DNA of 64,000 nt from an uncultured Gemmatimonadaceae bacterium (GCA_963822945.1 CAWGJO010000004.1:105821-169820), one strand, 5' to 3'. Shown: positions 20,770 to 31,084, numbered from the stretch's first letter. Notes: a model not told the origin generated them from the letters alone. Numbers and translations are program-made.

Positions 20770-22399
20770 ATGTATCGATTCGTGCGGTCTGCCCCGATGC
20801 TCGCGGCAGGCGCAGCGCTGGTTGCGTTCGCCGGTCCCCTTCGCGCCCAGCGCGAGCCCGTCGACACCGCGATGATCGCGAAGATCCGCGACGTCGGCCT
20901 GCACCACTCGCAGGTCATGGACCACATGATCTGGTTGGCCGACATCTACGGGCCGCGCCTCGAGGGCAGCCCGGCCACGGAGAAGGCCGGGCAGTGGGCG
21001 ATGAAGACGCTCGAATCGTGGGGTCTCCAGAACGTGCACGAGGAGCGCTTCCCCTTCGGCAAGGGGTGGGAACTGCAGCACTTCTACGCCGAGATGGTCG
21101 CGCCGCAGGAGCAGCCGATCATCGCCATGCCCAAAGCATGGACGCCCGGCACCAATGGGCCCGTGGAAGCCGAGGTCGTGCGTCCCGACATCCAGAGCGC
21201 GGCCGACTTCGCGAAGTACCACGGCACGCTGCGCGGCAAGATCGTGCTCACCCAGCCGGCGCGCATGGTGCGCATGCTCACGGGCAAGATCATCCTCACG
21301 TACACGCCGAAAATGATCGATGAGATGATGACGCCACTGCCGCCGGGCTGGAAGCCGCCGGCGCGCCGCCCGACCGCGGCGCAGGCGTTCCGGCGTCGGC
21401 TGTTGAAGTTCTACCAGGACGAGGGCGTGGTGGCACTGCTCGACCGGGGCATGGATGCCGACACGGTCACCGGCGGAAGCGACCTGACGTGGTACGCGCA
21501 GCACACCGACGGCGGCACGTTCATGGTGCATGGCGGGCGGTCCGCACGACGCAACGGCCGGCAGCGGTCTGCCCGAGATCACGCTCGCGGTGGAGCACTA
21601 CAACCGCATGGTGCGCATCCTCGCCAAGGGGGTCCCGGTGAAGATGCGCCTCGACGTGGAAACGAAGTTCTTCGACGAGACCACGCCGCGCGGCTTCAAC
21701 ATCATCGGCGACATCCCGGGCACCGATCCCGAACTGAAAGATCAGATCGTGATGATCGGCGCCCATTTCGATTCGTGGCACGGGGGTACCGGCGCCACCG
21801 ACAACGGCGCGGGCGACGCCGCGATGATGGAAGCCATGCGGATCCTCGAGCAGGTCGGAGCCAAGCCACGCCGCACCATCCGCATCGCGCTGTGGGGCGG
21901 GGAGGAGGAAGGACTGCTCGGCTCCAAAGCCTACGCTCGCGCGCACATCGGCGATGTGGCGACCGGCACGCGCAAGCCCGGTTTCCAGACCTTCGACGCG
22001 TACTACAACCTCGACAACGGGAGCGGGAAGATCCGCGGCATCTGGATGGAGAACAATCCGCGTGTGGCGCCGATCTTCAAGGCATTCCTCGCGCCATTCA
22101 GGGACCTGGGCGTCGACTTGTTCAGCCCCCGTCCGGTACGCTCCACCGATCACCAGACCTTCTCCGAGGGCTTCGGCCTTCCCTCGTTCCAATTCGTACA
22201 GGAACGGTTGGAATACGCGGCGCGCACGCACCACACCAACATGGACGTCGTGGATCGCGTGCAGCCGGATCAGTTGAAACAGGCGGCGACCGTGGTCGCG
22301 GCGCTGGCGTATCTCACTGCGCAGCGGGATTCGATGCTGCCGCGGCGGCCGCTCCCGGCCGCCGTGGGAACTCGTCCGGGGGCTACGGGGTCCAAGTAG
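20770..22399 (+). CDS. Secreted M28 family metallopeptidase (carboxypeptidase Q-like), frameshift near 21535
   Basis: Signal peptide; LADIYGPRLEGSP; IGAHFDSWHGGTGATDNGAG; LWGGEEEGLLGS; YNLDNG; STDH; HHTNMD. Confidence 0.88.
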
Positions 22400-22450
22400 C
22401 GGCTCGTGCGGCCCGGGTGCCGCACCATCACCTTATCCAGTGGCGCGGAG

Positions 22451-23365
22451 ATGCAAACGATGACGTTCGGGCGCGGGCGGTACCTATGCGGGTTCGCGTG
22501 GTGCGCCGTGGCGCTGGCCGGACTGACGATGGTCGGCCCGCTCCCCCTGATGGCACAGTCGCCCGCGTCGCGCGTGTCCCCGGCTCCCGTGCTGCAGGCC
22601 GACTCGGCGTCGGCTGTCTCGTCCGCATCGGCCATTGCCCACCCGCTCTTTTCCCGGCGCGATGCGTGGGTGGCCGTCGGCTTCACCGCCGCCACCGTGG
22701 CCGCGCTCCCGCTGGATCAGATGGTGGCGCACAATCTTCAACTCCCGCAGAACCAGAAGGAGCCTGGGCTCGTGCGCGCCTCGACGGTGTTTCGCGACCT
22801 GGCCGATCCGGGCACCGTGTACATCGGCAGCGGCATGTATCTGGCGGGTCGCCTGTTCGGGAATACGACGCTCACCGACATGGGGCTGCACGCGAGCGAG
22901 GCGCTCGTGGTGGCCTCGGCCGCCGGGTTCCTGCTGAAGGGGGCCGTGGGGCGCCCGCTGCCGCGGCAGGCGAACGCCGACGCCGACAGCTATCGGTTCG
23001 GCCGCGGCATCCGGGTGGATGGCAACTGGCAGGCGTTCCCGTCGGGCCATACGCTGGCGGCATTCTCGATTGCGTCGGCCGTGACCGCCGAGGCGTACGA
23101 CCGCTGGCCGGCGCACGCGCGCCTGATCGGGGTGCTCACGTACGGCGCCGCCACCGCGTCGGGGGTCTCGCGGCTCTACAACAATGCGCACTGGGTGAGC
23201 GACATCATCTTCGGCGCCGGGATCGGCATCTTTTCCGGCATCAAGACCGTGCAGTACGAACATGCACACCCGAACGACTGGCTGAACCGTGTGCTGGGGC
23301 ATGCCTCGATCGCGCCGAACCCGGGCGGCGGCGCCACGGTCGGCTTCAGCTTCCAGCACATCTGA
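22451..23365 (+). CDS. PAP2 family phosphatase
   Basis: C2 motif FPSGH and C3 motif SRLYNNAHWVSD; C1 region KGAVGRPLP is degenerate. Start could be 22460. Confidence 0.85.
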   Translation: MQTMTFGRGRYLCGFAWCAVALAGLTMVGPLPLMAQSPASRVSPAPVLQADSASAVSSASAIAHPLFSRRDAWVAVGFTAATVAALPLDQMVAHNLQLPQNQKEPGLVRASTVFRDLADPGTVYIGSGMYLAGRLFGNTTLTDMGLHASEALVVASAAGFLLKGAVGRPLPRQANADADSYRFGRGIRVDGNWQAFPSGHTLAAFSIASAVTAEAYDRWPAHARLIGVLTYGAATASGVSRLYNNAHWVSDIIFGAGIGIFSGIKTVQYEHAHPNDWLNRVLGHASIAPNPGGGATVGFSFQHI

Positions 23366-23371
23366 CGAGGG

Positions 23372-23434
23372 TGTGAGCCGTCTCACCGTCTCGGCGCAGG
23401 CGGACGGTGAGCCCGGTCACTGATCGGCGTCACA
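23372..23434. promoter_or_regulatory. Cluster of three CRP/FNR-family-like boxes (TGTGA-N6-TCACA type)
   Basis: TGTGA-gccgtc-TCACC (23372-23387), GGTGA-gcccgg-TCACT (23406-23421) and ACTGA-tcggcg-TCACA (23419-23434), all in one 130-nt intergenic gap. Confidence 0.55.
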
Positions 23435-23497
23435 GCGAAAAGCCCCGCTCCGGGATAGACTGAACGCCGTTCCGACAACCCTTCCGGAGTGGTGCCG

Positions 23498-24037
23498 ATG
23501 AAGACACCCCGTGTTTTGATCGCGGCCTTCGCTGCCGCGCTCACCCTCGTCAGCGTCAGCTGTAACGATTCAACCCCGGTTGCACCCGTCGCGCCCGTAT
23601 CAGCGACGCCGCAACCTCAAGCCTCCCTCATCGGGACGCTCCTGGCGCCCACCGGGCTCCTCGCCTGCACGCCGCAACCGTACGACTCGGTCACCAAGGT
23701 CATCGGACCCGAGGGCGGCTCCCTCAAGGTTGGGGCGAACTGGTTCTACGTGCCGCCGAGGGCGCTCGACCGGGATGTGGCAATCACGGCCGTGGCGCCG
23801 CGTGGCGACGTCAACCTCGTCCAGTTCCAGCCCCAGGGCCTGAAATTCTCCCGGCCGGCCGTGCTCACGATGAGCTACGCCAACTGCGGACTGCTCGGCC
23901 GCCTGCTGCCCCGCCACATCGCGTACACGAACGATGCGCTGCAGATCCTGGAGTTGCTCCCGGCGCTGGACAATTTCTTCCGGCATACGGCGACGGCGCG
24001 GATCGGGCATTTCTCGGGCTACGCGATCGCATACTGA
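23498..24037 (+). CDS. ZU5-like domain lipoprotein ending in an HFS motif
   Basis: GGAG RBS; signal ...LVSVSC; IGPEGGSL...VPPRAL...I...FQPQGLKFSRPAVLTMSYANC (ZU5 pattern); C-terminus IGHFSGYAIAY*. Confidence 0.7.
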   Translation: MKTPRVLIAAFAAALTLVSVSCNDSTPVAPVAPVSATPQPQASLIGTLLAPTGLLACTPQPYDSVTKVIGPEGGSLKVGANWFYVPPRALDRDVAITAVAPRGDVNLVQFQPQGLKFSRPAVLTMSYANCGLLGRLLPRHIAYTNDALQILELLPALDNFFRHTATARIGHFSGYAIAY

Positions 24038-24058
24038 CCGCTGAACGAGACTGCTACC

Positions 24059-25699
24059 GTGTCACACCTTCACACCGGGGATCTCCAAGATTCTCCGGAG
24101 ACTCCGGATGCGGCGAAATGGCTGACCGCCGCGCGCCAGCACGAGCGCGACGGCGCCATTGCTCTCGCCATTACGACCTACGAGCGGATCGCTTCGGCGC
24201 ACGACGGGACGGTGGACTATCGGACCCATTGCGAAGCCTTCCGGCGGCTCGCGGTCCATCGGTCGCGGCGGGGTGAGGGCGCGGTGGCGCGGGACCTCTG
24301 CCGCCGGAGCCACGACTTGGCGCGCCACTCGGGTGACGCCCTTCTCGCCGCCGAGGCGCTGAATACCATGGGCGGCATACACATCGCCACCGGATCGCTC
24401 GAGGAGGCGCGCCAAGCGTTCCTTGAAGCGTTGCGTTTGGGCGGCCCGGTGCGCCCGCTTCGCGCCCGGATCGAGCAGAACCTCGGGATTCTCGCCAACA
24501 TTCAGGGCGCCATCGACGAGGCACTGGCGTGGTACGGTCGCTCGCTCGAAGAGTACCGCGCGGCCGGGGACGAGAATGGCTGTGCCATCGCCTTCAACAA
24601 TCTCGGGATGGCGAGCGCCGACCGCGGTCTGTTCGAGGAAGCCGATCGCTACTTTCACGAAAGTCGGCTGCTGGCCGAGCGGACCCGCGATCTGCACCTC
24701 CTGGGCCTTGCCCATGCGAATCATGCCGAGGTGCACGCATTCCGCCAGCGCTACGACGCCGCATTGCGGAGCGCGGACGAAGCCCTGCGGGTCTTCGAGC
24801 AGATCGGCGCCCGCGCCCCGAAGTCCGAGGCATACCGGGTGATCGGCATGGTCTACCGCGATACCGGCCGCCCGGTGCTCGCCGAGTCGCGCCTGCGTTC
24901 GGCCATCGAGACCGCGGTGGCCACCGGTTCCGTGCTCGCCGAGGCCGAGGCGTCGCGCGAACTCGCCACGCTTTACCAGACCCTGGGGCGGAATCAGGAG
25001 GCACTCTCGCGCCTGAACGCGGCCCACCGGTTGTTCCACCGGCTCGATGCCCGGGTCGATCTGGTCAACGTGAACGGCAAGGTACAGGCCCTGCAGGCGA
25101 CGTATCTCGCGGTGGTGCGCGACTGGGGCCAGTCCATCGAGTCCAGCGACAGTTACACCTTCGGCCATTGCGAGCGGGTGGCCGAGAACGCGGCGGCCGT
25201 GGCCGTGGCGCTCGGCCTGGACGACGCCGAGGTGCTCACGATCCGATTGGGCGCGTACCTCCACGACGTCGGCAAGGTGCGCGTGCCCCACGAAGTGCTC
25301 AACAAGCCCGGGCGGCTGACGGACGCCGAGATGGAGATCATCCGCATGCATCCGGTGTGGGGCGTTGAACTTCTCGCCGAGGTCGAATTCCCGTGGGCCA
25401 TCAAGCCGATCATCCGCTCACACCACGAGAAGTACGACGGCACCGGCTATCCCGATCGGTTGTTGGGCGACGAGATCCCGCTGGCGGCGCAGATCGTGGG
25501 CGTGGCCGACGTCTTCGACGCCCTCACGACCACCCGCTCGTATCGCGGGGCACTCGCCCCCGACGTGGCGCTGGGCGAGATCGAGCGGTGCCGGCACTGG
25601 TGGTCCCCCCGCGTCTACGCGGCAGCCATGTCGGCACTGCGCGCCCGCGCATCCGCCGCCGGGCCTGCGGCGGAGCGCACCCGGCCACACGCCGCTTGA
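24059..25699 (+). CDS. TPR-repeat plus HD-GYP domain protein (putative c-di-GMP phosphodiesterase)
   Basis: TPR-like repeats (AEALNTMG, IEQNLG, AFNNLG, EAYRVIG); HCERVA, YLHDVGK, HPVWG, HHEKYDGTGYP, ADVFDALTTTRSYR. Confidence 0.92.
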   Translation: MSHLHTGDLQDSPETPDAAKWLTAARQHERDGAIALAITTYERIASAHDGTVDYRTHCEAFRRLAVHRSRRGEGAVARDLCRRSHDLARHSGDALLAAEALNTMGGIHIATGSLEEARQAFLEALRLGGPVRPLRARIEQNLGILANIQGAIDEALAWYGRSLEEYRAAGDENGCAIAFNNLGMASADRGLFEEADRYFHESRLLAERTRDLHLLGLAHANHAEVHAFRQRYDAALRSADEALRVFEQIGARAPKSEAYRVIGMVYRDTGRPVLAESRLRSAIETAVATGSVLAEAEASRELATLYQTLGRNQEALSRLNAAHRLFHRLDARVDLVNVNGKVQALQATYLAVVRDWGQSIESSDSYTFGHCERVAENAAAVAVALGLDDAEVLTIRLGAYLHDVGKVRVPHEVLNKPGRLTDAEMEIIRMHPVWGVELLAEVEFPWAIKPIIRSHHEKYDGTGYPDRLLGDEIPLAAQIVGVADVFDALTTTRSYRGALAPDVALGEIERCRHWWSPRVYAAAMSALRARASAAGPAAERTRPHAA

Positions 25700-25708
25700 G
25701 CAGCAGGG

Positions 25709-26440
25709 TCAGACCAGCCGGCGTCGCTCCTGCTGCCCGTCGTACGCCGGCTTGGGCGCCCACAGCCGCCGCAGATGGCCGGTGGCCGCTTCCAGCGCCT
25801 CGCGATTCTCGAGGATGATCGCGCCTTTCGGGGTCGAGATGATGCCGTGCGACGAGAAGTCGCTGAGCACGCGGGACACCGTCTCGCGGCTCGACCCCAC
25901 CATCTGCGCCATCACCTGATGGGTGGGCGGTTTGGGGATGCGCCGCCCGTCGTGGGGCGCGGCCAACTGGAGCAGCAGGTGCGACACGCGGCCCGGGACG
26001 TCCAGCAGGATCAGGCCGCCGATCTTGTGATCCGCTTCCTTGAGGCGGCGGCTGAGTGAGCGGAGCAGGCCGATGGCCACGCCCGGCATCTCCATGACCT
26101 GCCGGTACAGGTCGTCGCGGCGAAGCAGGAGGAGCTGCGATTCCTCGGTCGCGATCACCGTCGACGTTCCCGGATCGTCGTCGAACAGCGCCATCTCGCC
26201 GAAGAACTCCCCCGCGCCCAGCATCGACAGGATGACCTCGCGCCCGTCCTCGGCGATCAACATCGACTTCACCTTCCCCGCGATGATGATGTAAAGGGTG
26301 TCGCCGGGCGAGGTCCCGGAAACGATCACACTGTTCTTGGAATAATCGCGCATGTGCGCGAGCTGTCCGATCTTGTCCAACTCCGACTCGCGGAGCTGGG
26401 CGAACAGGGAGATTCCCCGAAGGAGTGTCGTGGCCGTCAT
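25709..26440 (-). CDS. Crp/Fnr family transcriptional regulator
   Basis: LRGISLFAQL, GDTLYII, GEFFGEMAL, HTH region PTHQVMAQMVGSSRETVSRVL. Confidence 0.92.
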   Translation of the reverse strand: MTATTLLRGISLFAQLRESELDKIGQLAHMRDYSKNSVIVSGTSPGDTLYIIIAGKVKSMLIAEDGREVILSMLGAGEFFGEMALFDDDPGTSTVIATEESQLLLLRRDDLYRQVMEMPGVAIGLLRSLSRRLKEADHKIGGLILLDVPGRVSHLLLQLAAPHDGRRIPKPPTHQVMAQMVGSSRETVSRVLSDFSSHGIISTPKGAIILENREALEAATGHLRRLWAPKPAYDGQQERRRLV

Positions 26441-26635
26441 CGAGAGGGCGCCGAGGTGTGGGAGCCAGGAGCAGGAACGCGCGAACGCGTGGGTGGATGC
26501 GCCAACGATGGGTGTGATCGGCACGATCCGCAAGGCGTGTGGGCCAACCACTGACCCGGCAGCGGGGCCCGCGCCGCCCAGGCGCGCCGGTTACATTCTG
26601 GAGACGATGTTCCACGCTTTCCCGCTCACCCCGCC

Positions 26636-27198
26636 TTGATCACCGGCCACCTGGGCCTCGCCCTCGGCGCGCGGGCCATTGACCCCGAGGCGCCTCTCAG
26701 CTGGCTCATCGTCGCCGCGATGGCGCCCGACATCGCCGACTTCGGCCTGGCCGCGGTGGGCGTCTGCAATCCCGACGGCGGATACACGCATTCGCTGGCC
26801 GCCGTCGCCGCCACGGCGCTCGCGTTGGGAGCTGTGGCGTTCTGGCGTTCGGGACGCCGGCGTACGGCGCTCGTCATCGGCGCCCTCGTGGTCTCTCACC
26901 TGCTGGCGGACTACCTGACCGGCACCAAAGCGCTGTGGGTGGGCGGACCGGTGTTCGGACTCAACCTGTATCGGTGGCCGGTGGTGGATCTGGTACTCGA
27001 GGCGACGGTCTTGTCGGCCGGCTGGTGGGCGGGGCGCCGCTGGGGGCAACTCCCCGGTGGGCCGGGTCGCGCCTCGTGCTGGCCACCCTGTTGTCGTTCC
27101 AATTCGTGATCGACGCCGCGTCGAGGCCGAACGAGTCGGACAAGGCCAACGTGTGCGCCAAGGCGGACGTCATCAAGCACCTCGACCACCTGTTCTGA
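26636..27198 (+). CDS. Membrane-bound metal-dependent hydrolase-like protein (YdjM-like), frameshift near 27055
   Basis: GHLGLAL...MAPD...YTHSL...VSHLLAD pattern with TM segments. Start could be 26606. Confidence 0.65.
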
Positions 27199-27286
27199 CC
27201 CGAGGCGCCCCCGGCCCGCGATGACAGCCGGCGTTCCGCGGAGTAAGATGGGGGAGCCCGAGCCCAATCCGGAGTCCATTTTCCAC

Positions 27287-28969
27287 ATGCGTCGCTCTCT
27301 CCTCGTTCTCGTCCTTGCCCTCGCGCCGCTGGGCACCAGCGGAGCGCAACGGTCCGCACCGGTGTTCACGCACGCCGACACGCTGCGGGGAACCAACGGT
27401 CCTGCCCGCGCCTGGTGGGACGCCACGTTCTACGATCTGCACGTGCGCGTGCAGCCCGCCGACAGCAGCATCAGCGGGTACAACGCGATCACCTACCGGG
27501 TGCTCCAACCCGCGCGCGAGATGCAGATCGATCTGCAGCAGCCGATGGTCGCCGACAGCTTCGTGCAGGACGGCCGGCGTCTGGACGCGCGCCGCGACGG
27601 CAACGCCTTCTTCGTCGCGCTCGTCGCACCGCAGCAGGCGGGAGAGCACCGGACGGTGACGGTGTACTACCACGGCAAGCCGCGCGCGGCCCGGCGCCCC
27701 CCCTGGGACGGCGGGTACATCTGGCAGCACGACAGCCTGGGACACGAGTGGGTGGCCACCGCCAACGAGGGGCTGGGCGCGAGCGTCTGGTGGCCCCTCA
27801 AGGATATCCTGTCGGACGAGCCGGACAGCCAGCGCATCGCCATCACCGTGCCCGACCCGATGATCGACGTTTCCAACGGCCGCCTCCGCTCGGTGACGCC
27901 CAACGCCGACGGGACGACGACGTACGAGTGGTTCGTCACCGAGCCGATCAACAACTACGACGTCGAGGTGAACGCCGGCGACTACACGCACTTCAGCACC
28001 ATCTACCACGGGGAGGACGGCACGCTCACCATGGACTTCTGGCCGCTGGAATACCACCTGGATGCTGCCAGGCGGCAGTGGGCGCAGGCGACGTCCATGA
28101 TGAAGTGCTTCGAACACTGGTTCGGGCCCTATCCCTGGTACGCCGACGGATACAAGCTCATCGAGGCGCCGCACCTGGGGATGGAGCATCAGAGCGGAGT
28201 GGCGTACGGCAACCACTTCGAGAACGGCTATCTGGGACGCGACCTCTCGCACACGGGGCTCGGCCTCGCCTGGGACTTCATCATCGTGCATGAGAGCGCG
28301 CACGAGTGGTGGGGAAACAGCGTCAGCGGCAAGGACCACGCCGACATGTGGATCCACGAGAGCTTCGCCAACTATGCCGAGAGTCTCTACGAGGAGTGCC
28401 AACAGGGGAAGGAGGCCGGTGAACGGTACGTGATCGGCACACGCGCCAACATCCAGAACGACCGGCCGATCATCCCGGCCTACGGCGTCAACGCCGAGGG
28501 ATCGGGAGACATGTACTACAAGGGCGGGAACATGTTGAACACGATCCGGCAGATCGTGAACGACGACGCCAAGTGGCGCGGCATTCTGCGGGGACTCCAG
28601 CAGACCTTCCGCCATCAGACCGTGAGCACGTCCCAGGTGGAGCAATACATGAGCGCGCAGGCAGGCGTAGACCTGAGCAAAGTGTTTCAGGAATACCTGA
28701 CGACGACCATGATCCCCCAACTCGAGTATCGGTTCGACGGGCGTACGTTGTCCTACCGCTGGGCGCATGTGGTGCCCGGCTTCGACATGCCGGTCAAGGT
28801 GACCCTGGCCCCCGATCGCTACTCGTTCATTCATCCCACCGAGCAGTGGCAGGCGACGGCGACGTCGCTGCCGGCCCCCGCTGATTTCAAGGTGGACGAG
28901 AACTTCTACGTCACGACCCGCGACGTCGGCACCGGCGCCAAGGGCGCGTCACCCGGAGAGAAGCCATGA
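27287..28969 (+). CDS. Secreted M1 family aminopeptidase
   Basis: Signal peptide; GMEHQ; HESAHEWWGN-x-WIHE (HExxH-x18-E); MYYKG. Confidence 0.93.
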   Translation: MRRSLLVLVLALAPLGTSGAQRSAPVFTHADTLRGTNGPARAWWDATFYDLHVRVQPADSSISGYNAITYRVLQPAREMQIDLQQPMVADSFVQDGRRLDARRDGNAFFVALVAPQQAGEHRTVTVYYHGKPRAARRPPWDGGYIWQHDSLGHEWVATANEGLGASVWWPLKDILSDEPDSQRIAITVPDPMIDVSNGRLRSVTPNADGTTTYEWFVTEPINNYDVEVNAGDYTHFSTIYHGEDGTLTMDFWPLEYHLDAARRQWAQATSMMKCFEHWFGPYPWYADGYKLIEAPHLGMEHQSGVAYGNHFENGYLGRDLSHTGLGLAWDFIIVHESAHEWWGNSVSGKDHADMWIHESFANYAESLYEECQQGKEAGERYVIGTRANIQNDRPIIPAYGVNAEGSGDMYYKGGNMLNTIRQIVNDDAKWRGILRGLQQTFRHQTVSTSQVEQYMSAQAGVDLSKVFQEYLTTTMIPQLEYRFDGRTLSYRWAHVVPGFDMPVKVTLAPDRYSFIHPTEQWQATATSLPAPADFKVDENFYVTTRDVGTGAKGASPGEKP

Positions 28970-31062
28970 TAGGGAAACCCCTGGGATCCATCGCCGCGGC
29001 CGCGGCGCTCGTCGCCGTCATCGCTGCGTGCAGCAAGGGCGCGGAGTCGACTGGCCAGCAGACGCCGCCGCAGGCGGCGGTGGCCGACACCGGTCCCGTG
29101 TTCGACGTCGCGCTGCTGGATACGACGGTGTCGGCATGCACGGATCTCAACGCGTTCGTCAACGACAAGTGGATCAAGGCCAATCCGATTCCACCGGACA
29201 AGACCGCCTGGAATACCTTCGCCGCGCTCTCACAGAAGAGCCTCGACGAGCAACACCAGATCGTCGAGCAGGCCGACCAGCAGGCCGCGAACGCCAAGGC
29301 CGGTTCGATCGAGCAGAAGATCGGGTGGCTGTACCATTCGGGCATGGACACGGCGGCCATCGCGCGCGCCGGATACCAGCCGATCAAGCCGGAGCTCGAC
29401 GCCATCGACGCCCTGAAGGCGCCCAAGGACGTGGTCGCCTGGCTCGACGGCGCCTTCGCCTCCGGCAACGGGCAGCTGTTCCGCTTCGGCTCCCGCGTCG
29501 ACTACCACAACGCGAAGATGCAGATCGGCTCCGCATCGCAGGGCGGCCTCGGCCTGCCGACGCCGGACTACTATACGAAGGCGGAGTACAAGGATCTCCG
29601 CGACGCCTACGTGAAGCACATCGCCAAGCTGTTCGAACTCACCGGGGTGCCCGCCGCCGAGGCGAGCCAACGGGCCGACGCGGCGATGGCGATCGAGACG
29701 AGCCTCGCCAAGCACTCGCTGTCTCGCGTGGCGCTCCGCAATCCGAAGAACCAGTACCACTTCGTGACCATCGCCCAGGCCAACGCCGTGACCCCGCACT
29801 TCGACTGGGGCACGTTCTTCAAGGTGCAGGGCGTGGCGCCGGGCAAGGGCTTCTCGCTTTCCCAGCCGACCTTCTTCGCCGGCATGGACAGCCTGCTCGC
29901 CCACGCGCCGATCGAAGCCTGGAGGGCCTATCTGGCGTTCCACACGATCGACGCCGCCGCGCCGTACCTCTCGCCCCCGTTCGAGGCCGAGGACTTCGCG
30001 TTCAAGGGCACGACGCTGCAGGGGCAGCCGCAGCAGTCCCCGCGGTGGGAACGCGTGCTGGGCAGCGTGAACCGGTCCATGGGGCAGGCCCTGGGGCAGC
30101 TCTACGTGGCCAAGTATTTCCCGCCCGAAGCCAAGCAGCGCGCCGAGGAGCTGGTGAAGAACGTGCGCGACGCCCTCAAGGCGCGCATCCAGAATCTGAG
30201 CTGGATGAGCGAGACGACCAAGAAGCAGGCGCTCGACAAGTGGCAGAAGTTCCTGCCCAAGATCGGCTACCCCGACCATTGGCGCGATTGGAGCGGCCTC
30301 ACCATCAGCCCCGATCACTACTACGCCAACGTCCAGGCGGCCGCGAAGTTCAACTACGAGTACGATATCAACAAGATCGGCCAGCCCACCGACCGCTACG
30401 AGTGGGGGATGACGCCGCAGACGGTGAACGCGTACTACAGCCCGTCGCAGAACACGATCAACTTCCCGGCCGCCATCCTGCAGCCGCCCTTCTTCTACGC
30501 CAAGGGCGATGACGCCATCAACTACGGCGCCATCGGTGCGGTGATCGGCCACGAGTCGAGCCATGGCTTCGACGACCAGGGCAGCCAGTTCGACGGTGAC
30601 GGCAACAACTCCAACTGGTGGACGAAGGCCGACCGGGAACGGTTCGACGCGCGCACGGCAAAGCTCGTCAAACAGTACGACGGGTATGCGCCGTTGGCCG
30701 ACCAACCCGACAAGCACGTGAACGGGCAGCTCACGCTGGGCGAGAACATCGCCGACCTCGGCGGGCTGAACGTGGCCTACGACGCGCTCCAGACCGCCCT
30801 CAAGAACAATCCCAAGGAAGCCGCCGAGAAGATCGACGGCTATACCCAGGACCAGCGCTTCTTCATGAGCTGGGCGCGCGTGTGGCGCGGTTCGATGCGC
30901 GAGAAGGCGCAGCTCGTGAGTCTCAACACGAATCCCCATTCGCCGGGCAAATTCCGCGCCGACGGCCCCCCGTCGGACATGCCGGAATTCGCGAAGGCGT
31001 TCTCCTGCAAGGACGGCGACCCGATGGTGCGTTCGGGCACGGCCCGCGTGGCCATCTGGTAG
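28966..31062 (+). CDS. M13 family (neprilysin/PepO-like) metallopeptidase lipoprotein
   Basis: Lipobox IAAC; GGLGLP, KIGYPD, VNAYY, FPAAILQPPF, HESSHGFDDQG, GENIADLGG, PHSP. Confidence 0.95.
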   Translation: MIGKPLGSIAAAAALVAVIAACSKGAESTGQQTPPQAAVADTGPVFDVALLDTTVSACTDLNAFVNDKWIKANPIPPDKTAWNTFAALSQKSLDEQHQIVEQADQQAANAKAGSIEQKIGWLYHSGMDTAAIARAGYQPIKPELDAIDALKAPKDVVAWLDGAFASGNGQLFRFGSRVDYHNAKMQIGSASQGGLGLPTPDYYTKAEYKDLRDAYVKHIAKLFELTGVPAAEASQRADAAMAIETSLAKHSLSRVALRNPKNQYHFVTIAQANAVTPHFDWGTFFKVQGVAPGKGFSLSQPTFFAGMDSLLAHAPIEAWRAYLAFHTIDAAAPYLSPPFEAEDFAFKGTTLQGQPQQSPRWERVLGSVNRSMGQALGQLYVAKYFPPEAKQRAEELVKNVRDALKARIQNLSWMSETTKKQALDKWQKFLPKIGYPDHWRDWSGLTISPDHYYANVQAAAKFNYEYDINKIGQPTDRYEWGMTPQTVNAYYSPSQNTINFPAAILQPPFFYAKGDDAINYGAIGAVIGHESSHGFDDQGSQFDGDGNNSNWWTKADRERFDARTAKLVKQYDGYAPLADQPDKHVNGQLTLGENIADLGGLNVAYDALQTALKNNPKEAAEKIDGYTQDQRFFMSWARVWRGSMREKAQLVSLNTNPHSPGKFRADGPPSDMPEFAKAFSCKDGDPMVRSGTARVAIW

Positions 31063-31084
31063 CCGCAGCCATGGGCCGCTCACG

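Noticed and set aside
20728..23376. 882-aa ORF spanning the M28 and PAP2 genes
   Set aside because: Artefact of the frameshift near 21535. The PAP2 gene is in a different frame.
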